DNA of 64,000 nucleotides, taken from NCBI GenBank assembly GCA_977020255.1, contig CDROCS010005134.1:124001-188000 (forward strand). Reading direction: 5' to 3'. Shown here in pieces: positions 14,051-27,450 of the stretch. Position 1 is the stretch's first letter. Each line of letters opens with the position of its first letter. The notes beneath the pieces are model-generated. The model had not been told where the DNA came from, did not search any database, and worked only from the letters and a program-made list of their open reading frames with translations. Both the position numbers and the translations under genes were made by a program. The stretch is from Obrimoposthia wandeli. Its lineage: Eukaryota.

Positions 14051-15289
14051 TATTTATCTTATAGAACCTTTTATGTATAATTTATTTACTAGACCGATTT
14101 ATTTGAAGTAATAAATCGACTGGTTGTTGATGTTTGAAAATAAGTTTCCATAATATTGATAACATCAATGAATCAATAAGCTTGTAGAGTTTTGCAAGAA
14201 TTTTCTTGTTTGATATATCGATCAATGAAAAATTATTTTTTGAGAATATAGTTATCAATAGACTCAAGTAATATGAATAAATTATGACTGAGATAAATAC
14301 ATACTCTAAACATTATTGAATAAATTATATCAATAAATGATACTTGAAAATAATTTTAGGTTTAAATGAATCGAAAGAGAGAATATAATTTAATCCATTT
14401 CTAGTCCTGATGTAATAATTTCTAAACAAAATGTTCCAATATAGTATTGATATCCGATGTTTACTAGTGATAATTTAATTAATTATTTATTACATAGATT
14501 AATTTCCTTAAATAAACTAATCTTCAAACAATATTCTTTGAAACTAATCATTTTTTAGTAACAAATTTTTTACAGATTCTTTTACAAAAAAACATTTTTA
14601 AAAGAAAGTAGAGAACATTTTAGATTTAATGAATCATTTTGAAATTTAATAAAATTCTTAGTTAAAGATGCAAATTAATAATATACTCTTGATCATAAAT
14701 TGACTAATTGATCAAAGTAATCTCTCTAATTATCCGTATAATTGTCCGTAATAAACTCTCACTTATTGATCATTATATACTCTCTTCAAATTATATCTTT
14801 ATTACACGGAGGAATCCTTTAAATATGTTGAAGAGAAATCCTATTAGTGCATCTACCATATAAGAAACCATGAAAACTTTATTGACGCGCTGGCACATAA
14901 GAATCGTCAGTAAATACAACTTATTTGTTCTGAAAGTAATTTTGTCCTTAAACTAAAATCAAAGAAAATTTATAGAAATATGGGTAAATTCATTGAAAAA
15001 TGATCAATTATTTGCATTATAATTTACATTATTCTAAAAATCCTTGGTAAATGTATCTTCTAATCTATAAATTGACTGAAAATCGAACTTTCTAATTCGA
15101 AATTTACATTATTCAGAAAAATTACACAGTAAATTCATTTGTCAACTAAAATCCTTATAAATGATATAAGATTCAACTTTGCATCTTAATTTACATTATT
15201 CTGAAATATACACGATAAAATGTATTCTAAAATCCATAAATATAAACATAAAATGATTAAAAATCGAACTTTTTATATCCAAATTAGAA

Positions 15290-15757
15290 TTTTTTCTAAA
15301 GTGTCATAATGTAGACGTGCAAGCTACACTGTTGTCTGCAATGATTTCAGATGGATTATTAGACACATCAAAATTTTCTATAAACCATCCTTTAGCCAAT
15401 ACTGCGATAGGCAAGTTTAAGGATGAGAGTAAGCAATGTAGATATAAGCTATGGGTATTTTTACGCTCCAAATCATATAGCTTAGAAACTATAGACGGAA
15501 AATCCCAGATGAAAGCAAAGGGAATTAGCCTTAAGCAGACTGTGCTACGCCATGCGAATTATTTAGCTGCATATGAGAGTGGGGTTAGTGAACGAGTGCA
15601 ACAACAACGCATTAGTTCAATTAATCACCAGCTCTATACCGTAAATAGGAGTAAGATCGCATTGAGTAGCAATGACGATGAGAGAAAATGGGTAGAGAAA
15701 AACCGGTCAGTTGTCTACGGACATCATAGATATCCAGATGATTTTTCACTTGAATAA
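15290..15757 (+). pseudogene. protein-primed DNA polymerase B, C-terminal fragment
   Basis: FFLKCHNV...LLDTSKFSINHPL...GKFKDE...FLRSKSYS...KAKG...KIALSSNDDERKWVEKN...YGH aligns by eye with 56637-57083. Homology begins at ~15290, upstream of the track start. Confidence 0.9.
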
Positions 15758-16607
15758 TTGTTTTTGTATGTCACAAATTTATTGTACCTAATTTTCTCTT
15801 TGGTTTAATAAATATTTGTATCCAATTCGTCTTTTTCTAAGTTTAAAATTCTAAAGTATAAAAGTTCTGTGTAAAATTTTAATTCTAAAGTATAAAAGTT
15901 CTGTAAAATTATTTTTTTAAACTATAAAAATTGTTGTAAAAAATTATGTTGGAAATTTTATTTTTAAACTATAAAAATTTTGTAAACAATTTTATTTTAA
16001 TTTTAATTTTTTTTTGTTTATAAGCCATTTTTTAAAATTTTTTATTTTTTTGTTTAAAAACCATGTTGAAAATTTTGAATTTGGCGCAAAAAAATTGCGC
16101 CTTATTCAAATAATTTATTTTTTGTCATGTTTTTTCGTGCATGTAGATCAAGAATGAAGCCCGCCCCGAAGGGGCGGGTGGTGTATGTTAGGGTATGACA
16201 CGAGTCGTTTACATGTGTAGTTGTGAGAGGTAAAGTGATACTGTAGCGCATGTTTTTGTAGTTATTTTCGCAAGAATGGAACCCGCCCCCATGGGGCGGG
16301 CTGTGGGTGGAGTGTTTCGGTGGTGTTNNNNNNNNNNNNNNNNNNNNNNNNNNNNNNNNNNNNNNNNNNNNNNNNNNNNNNNNNNNNNNNNNNNNNNNNN
16401 NNNNNNNNNNNNNNNNNNNNNNNNNNNNNNNNNNNNNNNNNNNNNNNNNNNNNNNNNNNNNNNNNNNNNNNNNNNNNNNNNNNNNNNNNNNNNNNNNNNN
16501 NNNNNNNNNNNNNNNNNNNCCCAAAGGGGCGGGTGGTTGTCGGTGGGTGTTTCCATCCAACACCCATCGACTTTCACCCATCACCCGAGGTAGTCAGTGA
16601 TATACAC

Positions 16608-16832
16608 GAGAGCGAGACATTCATACATCGCAGAGCTAGTCTGTGACCTATATGAGAGCGAGACATCCGTACATCGCATGGCTAGTCTGTGATCTATATG
16701 AGAGCGAGATATCCGTACATTGCAGGGCTAGTCTGTGACCTATATGAGAGCGAGATATCCGTACATTGCAGGGCTAGTCTGTGACCTATTTGAGAGCGAG
16801 ATATCCGTACATTGCAGGGCTAGTCTGTGACC
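16608..16832. repeat. 46-bp tandem array, 5 copies
   Basis: Unit GAGAGCGAGATATCCGTACATTGCAGGGCTAGTCTGTGACCTATAT starts at 16608, 16654, 16700, 16746 and 16792. There are no spacers. Confidence 0.95.
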
Positions 16833-16894
16833 AATGTCAGTCCCGAGCCCTTCGAGGCGAAGGGCGCGAAATTTTTTTAGGAGGGGGGTACCTT

Positions 16895-17001
16895 CCCCCT
16901 TGTCCTTTAAAACCGTGCATGTGTGTGGAGTGAAATTTCACTCCACACACCTACAAAAAATTTCACTCCACACACATGCACGGTTTTAAAGGACAAGGGG
17001 G
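16895..17001. repeat. 44-bp perfect inverted repeat with nested 30-bp palindrome
   Basis: 16895-16938 is the exact reverse complement of 16958-17001. GTGTGTGGAGTGAAATTTCACTCCACACAC (16921-16950) is a perfect palindrome. Confidence 0.95.
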
Positions 17002-17040
17002 GAGGGGGTGTGTGGATTAGACCGGACACATCCACCTACT
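16945..17040 (-). repeat. Polinton right terminal inverted repeat
   Basis: The reverse complement AGTAGGTGGATGTGTCCGGTCTAATCC... matches 49608-49703. The first 22 nt are identical and identity is about 90% over ~95 bp by eye. It has the 5'-AG...CT-3' terminus typical of Polintons. Confidence 0.9.
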
Positions 17041-19779
17041 AGCTTGATATTATGATATTGGTTGGTAAAATGCTGGAATACTGGCTCCCGGATTGTAGCG
17101 TGAATTATATCCATCGTCTTTGTCATATGTCTTCTGAAATAGTTTAAAATATCCAAAAAACCTAAACTATCGTATGATTTTCCCTGATTGGTAACGTCTC
17201 CACACATACATCATAGTTGTGGTCAGTCCTATAATTGTTTTTAAAACGAAAGAATACCTAAAATAATCTATCCAAATCTTAAGAAAATCTGATATTTCGT
17301 AAATTATCCGTCTCCATATATTTTAAATAAAAATGCAGCACTATTTACTTTTCAATACACTATAAAATTTTAATACTAATGTTATAAAAAAAATTATCTG
17401 CCCCGTGTGTGTACGACGATTTGCCTTCTATAGTATATAATTAAACATTTTTTAAGGAATCACTGGGTTAATTATGTTAATTTTATTGGTAAGTTTTAAT
17501 TCGTATTAATATTATTTTTATTATTTTATTATAGACTTCCTGTCGGAATGTTACAACGGCACTATTTTGATTTATATTTTCAAGTTTAACATTTTCATGA
17601 TGGATTACACATAACCTACTATGACAATGTGTATAAAAATTTTCTATATAATTTTTTCTTAATGTAGATAAGTATTATAAATATTAAAAATAACAGTTGA
17701 GAAAAACTCTGAAAATAGTCTCAAAATATATTTAATGAAACTAATAATCATTAATTAATATAAGACTTACAATGTTCAATAATTATCATTCACAAAAATT
17801 GCAAAAATAAAAGAAAAATATTTAAATTATTCAAAATTTTGAATAAATATTAATAATACGAATAAGACATATTAAAATATTTCTAACTAGAACATTTTGT
17901 GTCACTTATTTCTAGATACCAATTTCGTTGCTATAAGTTATTTTACTTTTAACTACAACAGTAATGAGTAGAGTGTTATATTGATTATTAATGTGCTCTG
18001 TTCATTTCACTTGTTACAATGTCATGGGAATGTGAGTAACCAACATGAGGACAATTTTAATAATCTGGGATAGATTTCGGCGTAGAGATCTAACATATAT
18101 ATAAATCTATTTCATGACGATGGCTCACACGTGTAGTTAGCATATATTCGATATGTTAACGCATAGATTAGTCTGCTACACAAATGCAGTGTACATGTGT
18201 ATACATTACAAATAAGACAACTAAAGTGATGTTCAGCAATTATTTGTGGCTACTTTATAAATGAGAAATATGTAAACACATTATTGACGTACTACTGTTT
18301 CATGTTACTTTAGCTTTTATATTTTATGGATCATTAACAAGTATAATTATTTGATAACATTCAATGCTGCTATATTTACAAATTAGAAATTGAAAAGCAT
18401 AATCTCATAATACTACAACAGTCAAATAATTCCGTGGATAGAGGTAAAACCGTTGTTCGAAGATTTCATACCAATACAAACTTTATTGACGTTATAAACG
18501 TGTAGAGATTCAAAATTTTCAAAATATACGAGAAATATAAATTGATTCATTTTAAATAATTGACTAAAGCTTTTTCCAAATATCTGTACTTTAAAAGTCA
18601 ATTTGAAAATTTAAATGTCAGTCTAATTAGCGAATTTCGGTGAGTCATTCATAATTTGTATAAAAAGCGTCAATTCATATGAAAACAATCGAAATTGTAT
18701 TTGCTAACATTTATTTCTGTTCTAGCTAATAAAAATACAAACTATATACAGTCATTTATTTTGAATTCAAATAGGTATTAAATGCTGATTACGTTGGGTA
18801 GTAGTGGTGTTATGTTCGTTGCTAGTCGTTAACAGCTCAGTAGATTAATTTTTTTATTTTTAAATGTATTTATTTGACATTTTTTAGTTAATGGGTAAGT
18901 TGTGAGTTATAGGTAAGATAATTTAATTTGTGTAGTGAGCTTTATTTGTTTAACGATTTTATCATGAAATATTTCATATTATAAATACTATTACAATTAA
19001 AATTCCCTTTGAATCTTTATGTATTAATCTGCAGTATATATGGGTAAAATAAATTAAAATTGTAAAGTTAATTTAAAAGTAAATGAATTTATGTTGTTAT
19101 TTTTGCTCTAACATAGTTTACATTAGTTTCTAACAAGGAAACGTTTCGCACGGTCATAAAAAGAACTCAGTGAAATTTTAGTATATGATAAACATAATAT
19201 ATTGCAACATTAACAATGTATGTTTAGCTGCTAATTTATTTATAATAAAAAAGTTATATATATTAAATTTTTATAAAATTAAATTTTATGATTTGGTTTA
19301 ATTGAAATAATTTAAATCCAAAAATTTAAACGCACTAGTTGAAATAGTGTTGCAAATTTTAAAATCCAATAGGAATTTGCGAAGGTTTTATTTTAAACCA
19401 ATAACAATTTAATATTCATTAAATTAATTTTTATTTGGTATTTATTCATATAATCACGTTAGTGTTTCTATAATTTAATATATTTAAACACATTTATAAA
19501 TTTATCACATAAATATTTCTTTCGATAACTTTTTATATACTGAAAACTAGCAGATAATGAAATTACTTTTATATGTAGAATGCATTTCATAATTTTTATA
19601 CAAATTGCGAACTCCTAATTTTTATGACACCTAAAGTACGTTTCCTTGTAAGATATATTTTAACTAAATGGTATTATACAAGTTATTTTATGTATTTACT
19701 ATGGATTTATGGATTATATTTTAATATCGCTGTCCGTGATCCGAATTAATAATATATATAAAAATATTAAGCTACTTAC

Positions 19780-20088
19780 CGGCGTCTCACGGTCAAATAC
19801 TGTCTGGGTGTAGAGAGAGCCGTGGGTGTCGAGCTCGAAGAGATTAGAGAAGCCGCTTGGAATTATCTCGAAGAGCAATTTGGCGTTGACACCCTCGTCA
19901 CAGTCATCTGCCATCAGTTCAGCAACCTTGGTGCGGGTTGGTCGATTCTCCATAACGACCAGACCCTTAGAGGAGGGACTGATGGTGGGCTCACAATCGT
20001 TGACGTCCAACACAATGATGGAGACGCGTGCAGTGGTTGATAGACGTGACTGGTTGAGCAGAGCTTGATCTGCGGCTATTACCCGGAT
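19780..20088 (-). CDS. cadherin-superfamily gene, internal exon (309 nt, phase 0/0)
   Basis: TCTCAG|ATC acceptor and CCG|GTAAGT donor. Encodes IRVIAADQ...VLDVNDCEP...ENRP...ADDCDEGVNA...FDRE, with the cadherin DxND, AxDxD and DRE motifs. Confidence 0.9.
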
Positions 20089-21334
20089 CTGAGAGGCCGT
20101 GAACAGTCCAAAATACGTATAGAAATATTTCACAATAAATTTCCTTAAAATAAAATAATATTTTCGGTCCACGTTCCAAAAGTATAAACTTGATAACAAC
20201 TTTTGTCATTCATGGAGTAAAAAGTAACTTAGCGACCTAATATATGCATAATTTAGTTTTACTTTTCTAAAAATATACTTAACCCGAAAACATCAAAACT
20301 CAACAGGTTAATTATCAGTAGAGATAGGCCAAACTTTGAGTAAATTTTTATAAATATAAATATCTCAAAAGTGGGTTCGGGAATTGAGTATTTCCTTAGA
20401 TATATTTGGTTGAAGCGATATTCCACATTTCACTCTGAAAAGTACAACAAAGACGCTATTTTTGGCAAGGTCACGCTTAACCTCTTCGTAAGATTAATTA
20501 TTTTATGTAAAATACAATTATGAATCTATGAAAATATTTTTAAAATTGTAAATATTAAAACTTTTATTTAAATTTGTCTTTGAATTTTCTAATATATAAA
20601 TGATAATGTCAAATATTTTCCATCTTTATCCATCATTATTCGTTTATTATTATAATTTTTAAAATATTTTTCAGCATATATATAATTTTAAAAATTAAAT
20701 AATTCATAAAATTATTTAATTGTCAGGAATTTTAACAATTCACATGATCCTTTTCGTAATTTGAATAATTTTCATTCTACAGTTTTTTGTCCAGTTTTTC
20801 AGTTATACGAAATTGCAAAACAGATTTTATATTTTTTGTAAGTAGATTAGTTTTCATTCAGTTCAGAAATCAATTACATATAAGCTTGTTTTTACGTATA
20901 TGAGGTTTCTTTTCTTTTCAAACTTGTTTTCAAATTTGCGTAATTCTTGGGTTAACTTCTGTACAACTTTGAAAATTGCCAAAAATCGGTTGCGATTAAT
21001 GAACCATTACATAGCTGTCAGAATGGTTAAGACCAACCTAATATCTACAAAGGACGATGAAAGATGACCAATTTCATTTTAACATCTTGTGAAAAAAACA
21101 TTTTACAAACTAAATTATTTAAAAATGTTAAAATATTTCTGCTGGTGCTTTCTTTATAGAACTTTTTAAAAAGTATTATAAAAAAAATCTTTCAATTGTT
21201 ATTTACACAGTGGCATCTAGTTCAAGCTATAATAAATTACGTGTCAAGAAGTTCCAGTCTCGGACACATATTGAAGTAATGTGCATCTGGAACTAACAAT
21301 GTACGTGTTAGTATCACCGTGAAGCTGTACCCAC

Positions 21335-21490
21335 CTCGTAGTACTGTCTCGTCTCTCGGTCAAGGGCACGCATTACGGAAATGGCACCAGTGTTTCCATT
21401 GATTGTGAACAGGTCTCCGTTCTCACCGTCACCATATATTGAGTATTGGATCTGAGCATTAACCCCAGCGTCCTTATCTCTTGCTTGAAC
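21335..21490 (-). CDS. cadherin-superfamily gene, preceding exon (156 nt, phase 0/0)
   Basis: GCAG|GTT acceptor and GAG|GTGGGT donor. Encodes VQARDKDAGVNAQIQYSI...FTINGNTGAISVMRALDRETRQYYE, joining in frame to IRVIAAD. Absent from the ORF track. Confidence 0.9.
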
Positions 21491-24400
21491 CTGCGTGTGG
21501 AAATACTCTAGTCAAAAGAGAAAAATAATGAAGGACATTTTCTTCGTAGCTGCAGAAGACTTCGTCTACAATGACACATCAAGCAACGAAGCCAACAGTG
21601 TTCAATATCGGTCAAATATAGACTCTGCTTTTATTTTCATAGATTTTTTCCATGAAACATGACTCAGCGATATTTAAATAATTAAGTCAACGAATTGAAT
21701 GTAATATTATATACCCACTATCTACAGCTTAGGTCCCAATATATGACTTCTAATTCATTATAATGTTTTATATTAACTACGAAAATATTGCAGTTAACCA
21801 TTTATAAACTAGGTTCAACCTTAACAACCTTCAACACCTAAACCATGAACATCACTTATACATGTCAAAATTTGTTACTTTTTTCTTCCTAGGTTAGGAT
21901 AAAGCCAAAGAGTCGATATATGCAAATCATCATGTATTAGCTTATATAAGAAGTAGTTTTGATAGAAAATTAATCCGAGTTTGAAAACTTTTCAATTGTG
22001 GTACAATTTAGGAGTAAAGAAAACGCTTCAACAAATTGAATTTTAAAGAATTAAAATATTCTGAACAGGAGGTTTGAGAAAATATAATTCCAGTTATTCC
22101 GAGTGAAATTTTGAGGAAACTTCAGTTATCGTATATTTATCTGTATAGCAGCCACTTTATTTCACTAAAACTATCTTAGACTTTGTTAATTACCTTTTTG
22201 AAAATCTAAATCCAAACATCATGCCTTATTATCTGTTTTAAATATCTTTCTTTTGTGAAAATTAATGGATTTTGGAGTTAACTTTAAAAATAAGAAAATT
22301 CATATGTTAGTGCATATTTTAAATGAAAAAGAAAATCAAAATATATCGAATTGCTGCTTTAAGATTCTGTGTCAACAATTCTAATCATAAATCAGACGTA
22401 AAAAACATTATTATTATTTATAATTCTTAATATATTTGTTAAGTGAAAATGACTAAATTAATAACAGTAAAAAATAAATTTAATTTCGGGATAAATATAT
22501 TTTTGTAGACTAAAATTTGATTAACAAAATCTGACATAACGTAGCAAAATGACAGATTCTAAAAGAACATAATTCAATTTTTGTATTATTAGACTTGGAA
22601 AACTTTTTAAAAAATCTTTTAAAGTCATAGATTTTAAAAGCACTGAGTAGGAATTTGCTATTCATATTCCAGATACTTTAAAATAACCGAATTTTTTTTT
22701 TTTCATTTTTCATATATATTATGCTTATTTACTGCTAGAAAACTGTTGGTAGTAAACATAAGAACTTCTCGAATTTTCGGGCAGGTTGATTAAAGTTAGT
22801 TTCGACTCTAGTGGTTACATCTAAAATATTTTAACTCACTTATTAGCCTCCTTAAATATAATTAAATATTTATGAAAGATAAAAAATATACAATTCATAA
22901 TTAAAAGTTGTAAAGATAATTAAAAACTTAAAATTTATGATTAAATTTTTTTTTAATAATATCATTTCATACAAAATTTCGAATGAGAATTAGGGGAGTT
23001 TAATTTAATGGTCTTATCAATCCAGGGATGCTGGTAACTTTATAATATAATCTGGAAACTATAATGTCAATCAACCCAGACCAAATCTAACAATGAGCTG
23101 TAGACATGAATAACAAAATTTTCAAAACATTAATGATAACATCATTAAATATTACTTCAAAAGTTTTAATAAAAGGTGTACAAAAAAATTGAACATAATG
23201 AACTGTTTAAAAAATGATTAGTTATCAATAAATATGTATTATACGCTTTTCTTTATTGGCACAATCAAATGAACACCAGGTACAATGTTGTTTTGATTCT
23301 TGCATACTGCAGTTTTAAATCTAAAATTGATTTGCGTAAGGCAATGGACGTACATATATTCATAAAAATATGACAGATTTTGTTTACATTTTTTAAAATT
23401 ACTCAGATCATTATAACAATCAAATCATGATGAATGAATTTTTGTTCATAAAATAAATTTTGATAATAGCATTTGAATCTCAATGAATATGCCATTATTA
23501 TCGTCTAGAATGGCGACTAGGTCACAAGCCCAAATACGGCCTGCTCATATTCAGACATCAATGATTCACCTAATTCCCTCTAAATCATCATTACCGGGAG
23601 ATTCTCCCTTGTGAGCTGTACATCTGATGTCGTATCTAACATAACAACATGCCCATAGAATCCCGGGATAATGGAGTGTCTCCCGAGTAACCAGCTCAAA
23701 TGTGGAGCCAGTTCCGCAAAGAGCCGAAATTCTGAATTTTCACTAACAAACTTAAAGTCGGCGATCTTACTACATCAATAGGACCATTCTCTGTGGAACT
23801 TCATTTAAACTAATTCATCGCATCTAAATAGATACAACATTTGCAATAATATTTGTTTAAAAGTGGATTTCCGCTACGTAAAAATATTTTTGCACATATT
23901 AGATTTAAGTGCTCTTATAACTGATTGGTTAAGCTATTTTTCTTGTTAATTACCCTTTGTTTTACCTATAACAGTGATTCATTGCAAGACTCAAACAGTT
24001 AAAAATAAATACATGTGTCACTGATTTCATTAAGCCAATTAAATCAAAGCTAAATGAAAAGTTGATGCCAAAGCCTGACTCTTTATTCAATCGTCACTTT
24101 TACACTCATTAAGGCTCAATTGACTGCTACCAAATACACCACACTTACGCTTCGGAAGGTCAAAATCCTCAGTGATATTTACTGTACTACTTCCCATTAC
24201 ATAATTTGGTATATTACAATTTTACAATATGTAATGTAAAACAATAAATTTAGCTATTATAATTATACAAATTTATAAATATACATAAAATTGGTCAACT
24301 CATTTTTCTGCCACAAGCATTCCAATGAGTTTTAGCTAATTTTGGAATCTGAATCCAAATCTGGTACCAGGTTTCGTCTACCACGTCAGGTTTTTCAGAT

Positions 24401-24639
24401 ATAAAATTTTCTATTTTCTCAAGAAACAGCTATTTTATGCTTATAAATGGATACTTAATCACACAGATGCAAACATTAAAAAGTCGTTGCTCAAAGTTGT
24501 GAGAGGGAATGGACATAACAAAACATATTGAAAACGTCTATATATTGTAGTTACTGCATAAATTCCCTCTTATTTAGCAATCTCGGGTGAACAGCTTCTA
24601 GAGTGTATCTCAACAAATCACAACGTTCTTCATTACTTT

Positions 24640-25430
24640 AAGGTTTTAATCCTAATGTTTACCTTGCTCTTTGTTGACATCACCCAGATTATCTGTGCAT
24701 GTAGTTGACATTGATGCTCATTCTACATCTAATTGCTTGCAAACTCAAGACCAGCCCATTTACAATTTCTTGATAGTTGTCAAATTTACAGTTTTCAAAG
24801 ACATTCTGCACAACATCAGAGAATGCATTATAAGCTCTAGCTTCTGATGCAGTCAATTTTGTAACACAGTGTAGATCCCCGAGGAGACCTTTTATTTTCA
24901 GGTCCATCAAATATTCATTTTGCTTTTCGTCGCTGAGACTTAGAAAGGTTGAACATATATAGCTGATGTATACAGCTGATGTATACTGTGATCAAGAGCT
25001 GTGACGAACTGATTCATCAAAACACGTTTTGAAAGCCAATGTTTTCCTTTCAATCAGTGTCATAAATGACGGTCTTGTCATCTTGCGTCAAACTCTTTCT
25101 TTGTAGTCATTTCTTTGTCACCTATTGGTTTTCTGTAGCCATACTGTCCCAGGAGAATATGAAACAGGCCCAGCAAGAAGTTCCCCATTTGTATATACAG
25201 ACTAATTATCCATCCATTATCATGCTGTAGCAAGCACTCCGGAACAATCTTCTTTCATCTTTACAGAATGTCATATTGGGATTGAACCATATATGTTTCC
25301 GTTGTGAAGTAAAACATATTTCAAGCTAATTTTAGATTTGTCAATAAAATGTCTCCCCTCATTTGAATGATATGCAAGCTCTCCAAAAGTCAGAAAAATC
25401 CATTCAACATTTTTACAATAAACAAGCTGT
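24640..25430 (-). mobile_element. Chapaev-like (CMC) transposase remnant
   Basis: YCKNV...FIDKSKISLKYVLLHNGNIYGSIPI and RCRMSINVNYMH...NLGDVNKEQG match the Chapaev3-type motifs FIDSSK.SLK.VLLHNGN and MS.K.H.LH...LG.VSDEQGE. Multiple stops and deletions. Confidence 0.7.
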
Positions 25431-26599
25431 CCATGCGAATGGAAGTACTTTTGAATACTAAACTGATAAAAATACAACAAAAATAAAATAAGTGGTTGTA
25501 AAATAAGATTAAGCATGAACATGTTACTTAAGATCAGCATGACGAATGCAATCTACAGCCAAAACTGTAAATAGTGGTGAAAAGTTAATGTTTAATAAAA
25601 TACCAATAGCATAAAAATGTGATGTGATAGAGTAAATCTGAGTTCAAATTGAGATACAGAACCACAAAATTAGTCTTATTCTCCATTCTAGACAATTTCT
25701 CCTTTGTTCACCTTGGTAATCTTTAAGCACGACTTGAATCATTTCATTTTAATATTCATATTTCAAGAATCGGTGAAAATTTGTTATATCCAAAGCTTAC
25801 TATATATATTATTTTTGTCCCAGGAATGACAGTGTAATGAGTAATGATCGGTTTTCGTTCAAATTGTTCTTCTATGGCCTGTAATTTATAGGTTATCATT
25901 TTTAAATGAAGTCTAGACTGGAACTACGTTTCTAAACTAATTACTGTCACATACCTTCACAATCCTCAGGTCTAAAGCTTCAATGTGTAAAATATAATGT
26001 TTCAAAATAATGAGTTTCGAATGTAAGTTTTTAATTATTTTTTAGTACATTTCCTGTTTTAAATAAAGTAAAGATTAAAAAAAAGTTTATTATTATGAGA
26101 TGGTACCATAAATGGATACCAGTCAAAAGAAAAATATAAAAGTAAGAATTTAATTTTCATTCTGTTAGTGTATTTACTCGATTTGTCTCCACCACCAGAA
26201 AATGTGTCTTTAAACGAAGAAATAAATCATGGTGGAAGTAAAATTTAAATACGGGTTTACATTTTCAGCTAAAATTTGTTAAACTCTTTAAGAGGAAGAT
26301 GAGTAAAACTTAGTAAATGTATGACCAGTGACTGACATATCCATTATAAAAATGCTTAAAATAATAGTAGTTTATAGTTATATGACAATCAAACTTGTAA
26401 AGGTTATTATTTTCGTAATAAAAGAGATGTTATATAGCATGTTTTTGCTGAAAGTGTTCCTCATGCCTTTGAGTCTAATCCTTTAGACGTTTCAAATAAA
26501 CTGATTATGTGTTAAAGTCCAGAATCTGACAATATAATAAAAATGATTCAAATAAATAGACTAAAATTTGATTTATGTTATTACTCATCTCCTATAGAC

Positions 26600-27450
26600 C
26601 AGGGATGTCCAACACCACATTGTGGCCCGCAAAGCAATCTGATGTGGCCCTCATCTTTGCCATATATTTATATTAACATCACCAGACTTCTTAAATTTAC
26701 AAAAATATTCATGAAATAATAATATTAAATTTTTTTTGATATTTATTTCATAAACCATAACATAAAAAAAATTATTTTATAAAATATAGACCAAAAAAAT
26801 CTTTTACAAGTAAAATCGACTTTTCATTAAATTAATCAAATTTTTTATTAGCACCTAAACATATTTTTTAAAAATGTTTGTTATGATAATATCTATTTTT
26901 AGTGCGTCGGATTTTTATTAAATTATTATTTCCAATTAAAGTAAGATTTATATTTAAATTTTGAAATATGTATTAAGTAAAAATATAAAATGTCATCACA
27001 ACCTAAAAAACGTAGAGTTACTACTGATGGCGGTAGAACTTTCAAATCGTCTTGAACAAATGTTTTTTTGTAAAAGAAAATTCTGACTCAATGTTTAATT
27101 AGCTTAGAAACCATTATAAAAATTATATGAACTATAAGAACTATCCCAAATTGTGCAAACATGCTTTGAAATAGGTTTCATTATTTGGAAGTACATAAAG
27201 ATGCAAACAATTTTTTTCCAAAATAAAAATAGTAAAAAAGTTCATAGAAGCAGAATGAATGATATTCACTTCAGTAGTATCTTAAGAATTGGCACTTCTA
27301 CTGTTGGAGCAGATATTGATGCCCTTTGCAAAAACAAACAATGTCAAATAATAAATATTAACTAATGTATCAATTCTTCTTACACTTCGTTTTTTTGGGT
27401 ATGGCCCTTATACAAGGACTATAATTTCAATATGACCCTTTGTTGAATTG
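26600..27450 (+). mobile_element. hAT (Charlie/Buster-like) internally deleted element
   Basis: The left end CAGGGATGTCCAAC...GTGGCCCGC follows CTATAGAC. The N-terminus MSSQPKKRRV...RTFKSS*TN is joined to the C-terminus RSRMNDIHFSSILRIGTSTVGADIDALCKNKQCQI. The right end is not clearly intact. Confidence 0.75.

Larger units (their letters stand above)
15290..17040 (+). mobile_element. Polinton/Maverick remnant (right end), 5'-truncated
   Basis: A pPolB C-terminal fragment is followed by hairpins, a tandem array and a terminus ending ...CATCCACCTACT (17040). This terminus is the reverse complement of the end at 49608. No matching left TIR was found upstream. Confidence 0.85.

Noticed and set aside
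16102-16646. Six track ORFs spanning 16.1-16.6 kb
   Set aside because: They are artefacts of translating through the N gap at 16328-16519.
16608-16832. CRISPR array
   Set aside because: The units are head-to-tail with no unique spacers, there are no cas genes, and the context is eukaryotic.
23480-23830. Possible BEL/Pao integrase remnant
   Set aside because: Only faint resemblances (APHL, DLVAILDDN) across broken frames, which is insufficient.
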